Shown in pieces: positions 24,810 to 34,177 of a stretch of 34,177 nucleotides of DNA. Within the stretch, counting starts at the first letter, position 1. Each line of letters begins with the position of its first letter. Origin of the DNA: Octopus bimaculoides (taxonomy: Eukaryota). The stretch spans positions 42,104,364-42,138,540 of the forward strand of contig NC_068988.1 of assembly GCF_001194135.2 (NCBI RefSeq), in the 5' to 3' direction. The position numbers were made by a program, and so were the translations under genes. The notes under the pieces are model-generated. The model was given only the letters and a program-made list of their open reading frames with translations. It searched no databases and was not told the origin of the DNA.

Positions 24810-25180
24810 TTCAGTAGTTTTATTTTTATAACGTGCTTTCACTTCACTACCGAGCGCAGCTCTGTGCGCCTTGGGTATGTGCTGTGGTTTGCTGTGGTGC
24901 TCTTATGTTTACTGTATTAAAAGTGTTTTGCGTAGAATGTGTGCAGTACCCAGTAGTGCAATTTTCTGTATGTTATATATATTTGTAAGTCCTGGTGTTT
25001 TTGTTATGTATTTGTCTGAATATTTTTTTATTATACCTAAGGCACCTACTATGATAGGAATTGTTTCTGTTTTTAGATTCCACATTCGAGTTATCTCTAT
25101 TTCCAGGTCTTTGTATTTTGAAAGTTTTTCCATTTCTTTTAGAGAAACGTTGTCATCTGCTGGTATTGATACATCAATTA
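24810..25180 (-). mobile_element. 3' end of an R4/Dong-like RLE LINE (endonuclease C-terminus plus 3' UTR)
   Basis: EKLSKYKDLEIEITRMWNLKTETIPIIVGALG...IQKIALLGTAHILRKTL*. The 3' UTR ends in ...CTACTGAA and runs into (AAT/GAT)n. The 5' side enters a gap, beyond which (TAT)n resumes. Confidence 0.9.
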
Positions 25181-25506
25181 NNNNNNNNNNNNNNNNNNNN
25201 NNNNNNNNNNNNNNNNNNNNNNNNNNNNNNNNNNNNNNNNNNNNNNNNNNNNNNNNNNNNNNNNNNNNNNNNNNNNNNNNNNNNNNNNNNNNNNNNNNNN
25301 NNNNNNNNNNNNNNNNNNNNNNNNNNNNNNNNNNNNNNNNNNNNNNNNNNNNNNNNNNNNNNNNNNNNNNNNNNNNNNNNNNNNNNNNNNNNNNNNNNNN
25401 NNNNNNNNNNNNNNNNNNNNNNNNNNNNNNNNNNNNNNNNNNNNNNNNNNNNNNNNNNNNNNNNNNNNNNNNNNNNNNNNNNNNNNNNNNNNNNNNNNNN
25501 NNNNNN

Positions 25507-25548
<42 letters not shown>

Positions 25549-25562
25549 CATTATTATTATTA

Positions 25563-25621
<59 letters not shown>

Positions 25622-25624
25622 GCT

Positions 25625-25860
25625 AGGGTGGTGTGGATTGGCAAGAGCGTTAGAGCATTGGACAAAAATGCTAAGCAGTGTTTCTTCTGGCTTTTCAATT
25701 CTGAGTTCAAATCCTTCTGGAGTCAAATTTCGCCTTTCATCCCTCAACGGTCGATAAAACAAAGTTCTGCAGAGTTGCTGGTATCGACTAGCCAGCATCA
25801 CCCACCCTACACTCCCACCACAACTCATAAAATTGTTAGTCTTGTGTCTAAATTAGAAAC
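25625..25860 (+). mobile_element. Diverged SINE family A copy
   Basis: TGGCAAGAGCGTTAGAGCA..GACAAAAATGCT..TTCTGAGTTCAAATCC..GCCTTTCATCC..GGTCGATAAAA. Confidence 0.75.
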
Positions 25861-25911
25861 AAGTTGTAGTAGATGAAACATTTTACTTGTTTTAATATAA
25901 CTTTATTTTAG

Positions 25912-25967
25912 ATACATGCTGTTTGTTTGGACGTTATTGTTCGGAAAATCCATTATCGTTGCTAACG
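25912..25967 (+). CDS. Coding exon encoding the signal-peptide core of the same EGF-CFC-like gene
   Basis: Acceptor actttattttag| at 25911 and donor ACG|GTGAGT at 25967/25968. Read phase 2 to phase 1 it gives YMLFVWTLLFGKSIIVAN(G), a hydrophobic core with a plausible A-N-G cleavage site, and joins 27061 in frame. ATG at 25916. The phase-0 reading hits a stop, and the phase-1 reading would put exon 27061 into a stop-containing frame. Confidence 0.72.
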
Positions 25968-26390
25968 GTGAGTACCCTTGTTTGGTTAACACCTTATATT
26001 TTATGATTTTGTTTTGTTGAAAATCCGTTTTGTCTTTTCAGATTACATGTTAAGTATTTTTGGTTTAATTCAATGATAATCTATATTGGCTAATTGCAAA
26101 ATTGCAGCTCCTTTGTTTAACCAGTTCAGTTATAGAAAAAAAACCAATTTGTTGAAGTTCTCTCGTTCTCTTTTCTTCATGTGTGTGTGTGTGTGTGTGT
26201 ATGTGTGCATGTATAAAAATATATGTATGCATGGATGGATGTGGATGCATGTATGTATGTATGCATGTATGTATGTATGCATACAGATATGTAATGATAT
26301 CCATGTGTGTGTGTGTGTGCGTACATTATACGCACACACACACACATATGCGTCTTTGTCTTTTTCTCTTTCTCAATATGTTACATACAT

Positions 26391-26431
<41 letters not shown>

Positions 26432-27060
26432 NNNNNNNNNNNNNNNNNNNNNNNNNNNNNNNNNNNNNNNNNNNNNNNNNNNNNNNNNNNNNNNNNNNNN
26501 NNNNNNNNNNNNNNNNNNNNNNNNNNNNNNNNNNNNNNNNNNNNNNNNNNNNNNNNNNNNNNNNNNNNNNNNNNNNNNNNNNNNNNNNNNNNNNNNNNNN
26601 NNNNNNNNNNNNNNNNNNNNNNNNNNNNNNNNNNNNNNNNNNNNNNNNNNNNNNNNNNNNNNNNNNNNNNNNNNNNNNNNNNNNNNNNNNNNNNNNNNNN
26701 NNNNNNNNNNNNNNNNNNNNNNNNNNNNNNNNNNNNNNNNNNNNNNNNNNNNNNNNNNNNNNNNNNNNNNNNNNNNNNNNNNNNNNNNNNNNNNNNNNNN
26801 NNNNNNNNNNNNNNNNNNNNNNNNNNNNNNNNNNNNNNNNNNNNNNNNNNNNNNNNNNNNNNNNNNNNNNNNNNNNNNNNNNNNNNNNNNNNNNNNNNNN
26901 NNNNNNNNNNNNNNNNNNNNNNNNNNNNNNNNNNNNNNNNNNNNNNNNNNNNNNNNNNNNNNNNNNNNNNNNNNNNNNNNNNNNNNNNNNNNNNNNNNNN
27001 NNNNNNNNNNNNNNNNNNNNNATATATAGCAGTGTATTTAATCAAACCATCTACTTTCAG

Positions 27061-27139
27061 GTGAAAATGATTTGAAAATTAAACAATGTTGTCAAAATGG
27101 AGGAACGTGCATTCTTGGAAGTTTTTGTGTCTGTCTTCA
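27061..27139 (+). CDS. Internal coding exon of an EGF-CFC (Cripto/Cryptic/one-eyed pinhead)-like secreted protein; first part of the EGF-like motif
   Basis: Acceptor ctactttcag|G at 27060/27061 and donor CA|GTAAGT at 27139/27140. The 79-nt exon (phase 1 to phase 2) reads (G)ENDLKIKQCCQNGGTCILGSFCVCL(H/Q). CCQNGGTCILGSFCVC matches 13/16 residues of human Cripto CCLNGGTCMLGSFCAC (recalled from memory), including the adjacent CC typical of EGF-CFC proteins. Orthology cannot be assigned, so no symbol is given. Confidence 0.85.
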
Positions 27140-27199
27140 GTAAGTTATCATCGACTTTCCGTAAAAAAAGAAAATTATTTCTTTATGTTTTTTTTTATT

Positions 27200-28035
27200 T
27201 ATTTAGCCTTTTATCCGAGGCCAACTTTGCTTTTCATTTTGGTGGGATTTAAGAACCAGTTGAACATTGGAATTGATGTCATCAACTAATAACCGAACTA
27301 AAATTACTGGCCTTGCGCCAAAACTTGAGACTATTTTTATATTTTTTTTGTTTTTGTTTGTTTCGGTTTTTTTGGTTTTTTGGGGGGGCTTTTTTGCGGT
27401 AGTTTTCTTTTATTACGTATATCTACTACCTTCCCGAAAGCAGTTCTGTGTGTCTTGAGTACTTACACTGTTTTGTCTTGGTTTTGAGGTTTCTATTGCA
27501 GTACACGTATCCTATATAATATGCATTTGGGGCTCAGTCGTGCTTTTTTTTTTTCTGTATGTTGTGTGTTTGTAAGTACCGGATTTTTGTTATGCATTTG
27601 TCTACATACTCTTTCTCATCCTCAAAGCAGCTCTTATAAAGATTGTTTCCAGTACTCAAATCTGAGTTATCTCTATTTTTATATCTTTGTATTTGTACAA
27701 TTTCTCTATCACTTTTATAAATACAAAGTGTTGTTGAAAAGTTCCTGGCTTTAAGGGTTTTTTATCGATCCCGAGAAGATGAAAAGCGAAGCTGACCTTG
27801 GCGGAATTTGAATCCAGATCATGAAGAGCCTAAAGAAATGTCTCAAAGCACTTTGTCCGATTCGCTGATGATTTTATCAGTTTGCCTCCTTTTTACAAAT
27901 TAATAATAATTATTATTATTATTATTTATTTCGGGGTCGCCAAAGTAAGTGCCAGAGAAACACTGGGGTCGATGTAATCGACTAGTCACTGCCACCAAAA
28001 GAAATATCAGACTTTGTGCCTTTAATAGAAAGGGT
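27200..28035. mobile_element. Cluster of SINE family A fragments (27200-27325 +, 27755-27895 -, 27925-28035 +) with a mariner-TIR-like stub at ~27720-27757
   Basis: Shared SINE motifs (CCGAGG.CAACTTTGC.TTTCAT; GGCGGAATTTGAA; CACTGGGGTCGATGTAATCGACT). GAAAAGTTCCTGGCTTTAAGGGT recurs at ~28697. Confidence 0.7.
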
Positions 28036-28049
28036 TATTGTTGTTGTTG

Positions 28050-28121
<72 letters not shown>

Positions 28122-28126
<5 letters not shown>

Positions 28127-28334
28127 TAGTTTTATTTTTATAACGTGCTTTCACTTCACTACCGAGTGCAGCTTTGTGTGCCTTGGGTATGTGCTGTGGT
28201 TTGCTGTGATGCTCTTACGGTTACTTTATTGAAAGTGTTTCGCGTAGGATGTGTACAGTGCCCAGTAGTGCAATTTTCTGTATGTTAAATATACTTGTAA
28301 GTTCTGGTGTTTTTGTTATGTATTTGTCTGAATA

Positions 28335-28338
<4 letters not shown>
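28122..28338 (-). mobile_element. 5'-truncated R4/Dong-like LINE copy flanked on both sides by (TTA)n
   Basis: Closely similar to 24810-25030 (TTCAGTAGTTTTATTTTTATAACGTGCTTTCACTTCACTACCGAG...TATTTGTCTGAATATTTT); pure (TTA)n on both sides. Confidence 0.9.
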
Positions 28339-28394
<56 letters not shown>

Positions 28395-28401
<7 letters not shown>

Positions 28402-28565
28402 GTTTAGAAATTTTGTGGTGTGGGAATAGTCAAATATATCGACCCCAGTAATTGAGTACTACTTTGTTTTATCACTTTGGGAAGATGAAAGGTAAACTTG
28501 ACTTCGGTGAGATTTGAACTCGGAACGTAAACAGCCGAAATAAATCCTGTAAGGCATTTTATCCA
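28395..28565 (-). mobile_element. SINE family A copy
   Basis: ATCGACCCCAGT...GATGAAAGG.AAA.TTGAC.TCGG..AGATTTGAACTC.GAACGTAA...GAAATA..AAGGCATTTT. Confidence 0.75.
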
Positions 28566-28683
28566 ATAATAATTTCAAACAAAGACACAGCATTATATGT
28601 CTGTAGAGTTAGGGAAAGTCGTTTAAATCGAATGTCTTATTTTATTAGGAGTTGAACTCAAAGCATAAACGGCCATAAGTACA

Positions 28684-28720
28684 TACGAGGGGTGCTGAAA
28701 AGTTCTTGGCTTTAAGGGTC
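28684..28720 (+). mobile_element. Mariner-like terminal inverted repeat stub (TA-CGAGGGGTGCTGAAAAGTTC)
   Basis: Starts with TA and resembles mariner/MITE termini; a similar stub lies at ~27720-27757. No partner TIR was found in inverted orientation. Confidence 0.45.
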
Positions 28721-28938
28721 GGCCTGGTTCGAGACCCAACCTTTTGAGCTCTTTTACTAAGTGTGTAATAAGTTCAATATGCATGTGAATCTGAGAGGAG
28801 AACAGATTGAGGGGATTTGTTGAGGAGAATATGTTGAGGGGAATCTGAAAGGGGAATAAAGTCGTAATTAACTGATCTTGCTGTATTTTCTTTTGCCCAA
28901 AGCCAGAAACTTATCAGTACCCGTTCGTATAGAAAATT

Positions 28939-29005
<67 letters not shown>
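28939..29005 (+). repeat. (TAG)n microsatellite
   Basis: Perfect tandem TAG run. Confidence 0.98.
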
Positions 29006-29006
<1 letters not shown>

Positions 29007-29669
29007 ACAACAGGCGTCTTTCGACTGAAAACGATTCAAATTGAGCTGACGTGCATGAAGTGAAACCCTAAAGGCGGGAACATGGGAGATGGACACAAGA
29101 AATGTTGACGGTCGGCAATCAGGCAAAGAAAGAAAGATCATGGTTGGCCAGACACCGGTCACGATGAAGGAGGAGAGATGGGTAGGAGACAGCGAGATTG
29201 AAGGATTAGAAAAAAAAATCAGTGACAAAGAGAAAGGTACAGGGGAGATAATCGAGTGGAAAATAGAGGGAGTTAAAGAAAGAGAGGGCCAAGAAATGTG
29301 GGAAAGGGGAGCGAGAAAAAGGAAGGAAAATGAGAGGGGGAATAAAAGATAAAGTGAGAGTCGTACAAAATTTAGATACACACCTTCTATAATGTGAACA
29401 CAGGGGTGTACGTACGCCGCTATATATATATATAAAGATAAAAATAGGTAAAAAACGCAATAGAGGGCATTAAGATGGTTCGATCGGTTACCCTCAGAAA
29501 AGTCTATATTTGAGTATATCATTCTACAGTTTTTTTTTTTCCTTCTTAAGCTCGACACGTCAAAGACGCTTCCACTTTCTCAATCTCTACGGCTTCTTTT
29601 CAGTTTGCATTCTGTACTGTTGTTTTCGCCGATAATGTTGAGCATAGATAGCTAAAGAGAAAGATAGAC

Positions 29670-29718
<49 letters not shown>

Positions 29719-29720
29719 CA

Positions 29721-29756
<36 letters not shown>

Positions 29757-30479
29757 TATATATACATACATACATATACATATCTACATACATATACATA
29801 TATATATATATACACGTACACAATATATATATATAAACATACATACACACAAAGGAATNNNNNNNNNNNNNNNNNNNNNNNNNNNNNNNNNNNNNNNNNN
29901 NNNNNNNNNNNNNNNNNNNNNNNNNNNNNNNNNNNNNNNNNNNNNNNNNNNNNNNNNNNNNNNNNNNNNNNNNNNNNNNNNNNNNNNNNNNNNNNNNNNN
30001 NNNNNNNNNNNNNNNNNNNNNNNNNNNNNNNNNNNNNNNNNNNNNNNNNNNNNNNNNNNNNNNNNNNNNNNNNNNNNNNNNNNNNNNNNNNNNNNNNNNN
30101 NNNNNNNNNNNNNNNNNNNNNNNNNNNNNNNNNNNNNNNNNNNNNNNNNNNNNNNNNNNNNNNNNNNNNNNNNNNNNNNNNNNNNNNNNNNNNNNNNNNN
30201 NNNNNNNNNNNNNNNNNNNNNNNNNNNNNNNNNNNNNNNNNNNNNNNNNNNNNNNNNNNNNNNNNNNNNNNNNNNNNNNNNNNNNNNNNNNNNNNNNNNN
30301 NNNNNNNNNNNNNNNNNNNNNNNNNNNNNNNNNNNNNNNNNNNNNNNNNNNNNNNNNNNNNNNNNNNNNNNNNNNNNNNNNNNNNNNNNNNNNNNNNNNN
30401 NNNNNNNNNNNNNNNNNNNNNNNNNNNTCTTTTTACTTCTCTCATTAATTGCTTTCTCATTATAAATCTCGATTGAAAC

Positions 30480-31005
30480 ATGACATCACAAACCTTACCA
30501 GCCCCACCAGCAACACTAACGCAGCTAACGTTACTATCAGCCGAACCTAACGCCAGCATCACTATTAACGCTGCCACAGTCGTCAGCATCGCTATCAGCA
30601 CCACTACCAACACCACCAACAAAATTACCAGCCCCAGCACCATCAACAGTACTACTACCCACACCGCCACCGATGCCAGCTTCCCTAAAAACACCACTAA
30701 CACCAGCACCGCAAACATCAACACAAACACCACCAAGACCACCACTAATACCACCAACAACAACCACAAACACTGCCACTATTTAAACCAATACTACTAC
30801 CAACACCAGCACAACTTCCAACATCACCACCAACAGCAGCAACAACATTACCACTAACAACACCAACAGCACCACTACCACCAATCCTACCACCAACACC
30901 AACACCAACACCAACAACACCAACAACACTACCATCATCACCACTACCAACACCACCACCAACAACACCACCACCAACACCACCTTTGCCACCAGCATCA
31001 CCATG
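30480..31005 (+). repeat. Degenerate (CAC/CAA/ACT) trinucleotide low-complexity tract
   Basis: Visible ACC/AAC repetition; it explains the Thr/Asn-rich + ORF and the Val/Leu-rich - ORFs. Confidence 0.85.
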
Positions 31006-31469
31006 ATGGAATTAGGATTGAAATTTTCCTTAAATTTTAAGGCTACCGTCTTAAATCTTAAAAAATATGGAAGGATATTTTACATGTAGTTTGAATACTC
31101 CTAAAAGCGCGAAATTGTCACGACTGGAACTCTTTTAATCATAGATATGCTCGATCAAGGCTGCCCTGGGCTGAACAAAACCCTCTGCAACCAACAATAC
31201 TACCACAACCTCATCAACAGCAACACTAAAACCAGAGGGGAACGTCTACGAGCTTACTTGATGTAGTAGAAATAGCAGCTAAATTCCATTCAAATTACTT
31301 AAAATAGGCAGGACATACAGACCAATATAATCTTTGTAATGCAAGTACATGGAATGGTTATATGTTTTTAATCATATCTGTTCTACTAGGGCTGGCTGGT
31401 TGAGAGTTAAACAACAGCAAGAACAGTAGCGCTATTATAACATTTATTTCTAATATAGGCACAAACCTA

Positions 31470-32290
31470 GAATTTTTTTATTGTTATTTGAGGGGAGGGG
31501 GAAAGTCGATTACATCGAACCAGTACTTGACTGATTCTTATTTTATCGATCCCAAAAGAATGAAAGGCTAAGTCAACCTCAATAGCAGTCGATCTCAGAA
31601 CGTAAAGAGCCAGGGAAAATGCCGCTAAGCATTACGTCCGACTCGCTAACGATTCTGCCGGCGCACCGCAAGCCGCGTTTGTCGCTAATAGCTACACAGC
31701 CCGCCAGCTTTTTGTTGAATTAATGTTAAGGTGTTATGATGTTCACATTTACTTAAAAGAACCTTTAAAAGCTCCCCAAATAAAAAAAAAAGTACTGATT
31801 AATGTACCTTAGGTTGAATCTCACTTTCTCTGTCAACTATATCTAGTAGATACAGTTCAGCTAGTATTATTTAGTAGTAACAATAATATTTATTTGATCA
31901 AATCATATCTAATTATTTTATCTAATTATTTTACTTATCTTAATTTTACTATTATTATTGTTGTTGTTATTGCTGCTGCTGCTGTTATTGTTTTCGAATG
32001 CCGCCGAGGTCGACTTGGCCTTTCATCTTTTCAGGGTCGATAAATTAAGTACCAGTTACGCACTGAAGTCGATGTTATCGACTATCCCCTTTCCCCACAT
32101 TTCAGGCCCTGAAAGGATTATTATTATCATTATTGCCGTTGTTGTTTTCGAATGCTGCTGAGGTCGACTTTGCCTTTCATCCTTTTGGAGTCGATTAAAT
32201 AAGTCCCAGCTGAACACTGGGGTCGATGTAATCAACTTAACATCTCCCCTGAAATTGCTGGCCTTGTGCCAATATTTGAAGCCAACATCA
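31470..32290. mobile_element. SINE family A copies (31470-31670 -, 31985-32110 +, 32140-32290 +)
   Basis: GCCGAGGTCGACTT.GCCTTTCATC.TTT..GGGTCGAT.AAAT.AAGT.CCAG and its reverse complement. Confidence 0.8.
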
Positions 32291-33329
32291 TTGTTATGGA
32301 TGTTGCTGTTGTTATTTTGTAGTTAGGGTTAGTGTCATTATTATTTTATAATTTTAAATACTGTAATTGATTGTTTAATTATTATTTCTTTATTAGTTTT
32401 AATTACTTTTACAATTATTTTTTATTATCTTTTAATTTGCTTTTCTTTTAATTATATTTTACCTTATTTTTTAATCTTTTTTACCTTAATTAATCCTAAC
32501 CATATTATAAGTATTTTAGTTTTTAAGATTTATTCTTTTAAGGAAAATCTTTCTTTTGAAATAGAATATCTTTAGTAAATAATAAATCCATTATTTTCCT
32601 TTAGAATTGTAATTAATTTTTCCTTTCTTCTTCCACTCATTGTTTATATTTAGATTTAATACTGATCAAATGACATTTCCATCGTAAACTAAATAATTAT
32701 CTGCTGAATAGCTTGGTCTTACGTACCTCTGTCTATTTGAAATAGTCAGTAATAGTTTAAATCGGGTTGGAAATTTTGCTTTAAACATTCTTCATGCTAA
32801 CGAGTAGAATTTAGGAAACTAAGTATCATATTATAATACATTTCTAGTATGATCTAATAAATACTATTCCTAAGTAGGTCTGCTGAAATACCTCCTTTAC
32901 TGCTTACACTGGTCAAACATTGTTAATTTTACCAATATCCATCTTCCTTAAAATGTTCACTATTCTTAGCAGTGTTAAATTTATCTCAGTAGAATCATAT
33001 ATAAGTCAACTAATATGTGAAATCAATTGATATGTATGGTTACTACATCGCAGAATTTTGAACTGTTAACCTATCTGAAACGCTTTTAAGCAAATTCAAG
33101 AATGTATAATTGGCCATTCTTTATGGACTTTTCTATACTTTGTGACCTTATACTATATTTATTTGGTGTTTGAACTTCGGATTTGCAAAGTGGACAGACA
33201 GCAAAAAGTAATTTTACAGCTGACCTGGATTACAATGGCTTTCACTGGAGAACTTAGTTACCCAAATAAACCCTACGGAGTGCTTATAAAGAATTCTCCT
33301 GGATTTTCAATACCTCACTTTCCATTGTT

Positions 33330-33360
<31 letters not shown>

Positions 33361-34134
33361 CATATATGCGTGCATATAAATGTATGTATAAATATGTGTG
33401 TGCATAAACATATTATATAGACATATACAATATGTATATGTATATTTATATACACACACGCGCATACACGCTAATATATATTGTTTAATGCATATACACT
33501 CATATTACTCTTTGTGTGTTCGCGCGCGCATGCGTGTGTGTGTGTGTGTGTATGTGTGTGTGTGTGTGTGTGTGTGCGCGTGTGTGTGTACAGTGAAGGA
33601 GATGTAAAGTTGTGAAACAATCTATCCATCTTCTCGTTATCATTGATTAACTAAAGGTCTCTCTCGTCTACTACTTTGTAATTTGTTGCAATTGTCATGC
33701 TGAATCAATTCTTCGTAATTTGTTCAAACAAATTGCATACATTTGGAGACGAGACGTATAGAGTAGAGATAGAGATAGAGGTGGAGATGAAGATATATTG
33801 AGAGAGGTAAAAATGAAACATGGAAAGTATTAGAAAGAAAGATACAAGTCTGATAGAGCACCAGTGTGGTGGTCTGGTGTGGAATGTTGCAGTGTAGTTC
33901 ATTGTAATAAAGTCTGCAGAAGAGGAAGCAGTCATAAAAACGTGCACATAATAAGAGATTGAGAGTTAAACAAAGACAATAAGGAGGGGAGAGGGGGGGT
34001 AAAAGTACGTTCGAGAGTAAAAGAGAAATAGGGTGGTGTTGTATTTATTTAATTTTAAAATTACTTCGTCATTACATTCTATAGTGAAACAAAATTTGCA
34101 TATATATATATATTACACATACAAAGATACATGC

Positions 34135-34177
<43 letters not shown>

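Noticed and set aside
25912-25967. Alternative reading TCCLFGRYCSENP of the signal-peptide exon, resembling the missing GRxC half of the EGF motif
   Set aside because: It lies upstream of the EGF exon and ends in phase 0, which would put exon 27061 into GTG AAA ATG ATT TGA (stop). Treated as coincidence unless a tandem paralogue exists upstream.
30480-30857. Thr/Asn-rich mucin-like ORF as a possible stalk exon of the EGF-CFC gene
   Set aside because: It is explained by trinucleotide low complexity. The nearest acceptor (accttaccag) read in the required phase reaches a stop within about 16 codons.
33079-33420. Open frame NAFKQIQEC...PNKPYGVLIKNSPG
   Set aside because: No recognisable domain, it ends in (TA)n, and splice signals are not convincing in the phase required by the EGF exon.
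33841-33965. Cys-containing frame VWWSGVECCSVVHCNKVCRRG as a possible CFC exon
   Set aside because: Cys spacing does not fit CFC, there is an in-frame stop just upstream, and no pyrimidine-rich acceptor is present.

Overview
AT-rich, microsatellite-dense animal genomic DNA from a gapped draft assembly (14 N-runs, most abutting simple repeats). The recurrent tRNA-derived and CORE-type SINE families resemble those I recall from Octopus; this taxon call is an inference. Most long ORFs in the track are artefacts of N-runs or (CA/TA/TTA)n repeats. The bulk of the window is transposon debris: two mariners, an RTE LINE, a hAT fragment, a Tigger/pogo element, three R4/Dong-type RLE-LINE fragments, two Penelope-like remnants and many SINEs. 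The main signal is missed by the ORF track. Two small + strand exons with canonical splice sites (25912-25967 and 27061-27139) splice in frame to give a signal-peptide-like segment followed directly by a Cripto/Cryptic (EGF-CFC)-type EGF motif, CCQNGGTCILGSFCVC. Candidate upstream exons lie at 13574-13602 and 283-318; the downstream exon was not found. Secondary signals are a probable decayed rhodopsin-class GPCR on the - strand (14663-15977), a hammerhead-ribozyme-like core between inverted repeats, (TAA)n-targeted Dong-like insertions in SINE tails, and a 33-bp minisatellite carrying overlapping STAT- and NF-kB-like motifs.
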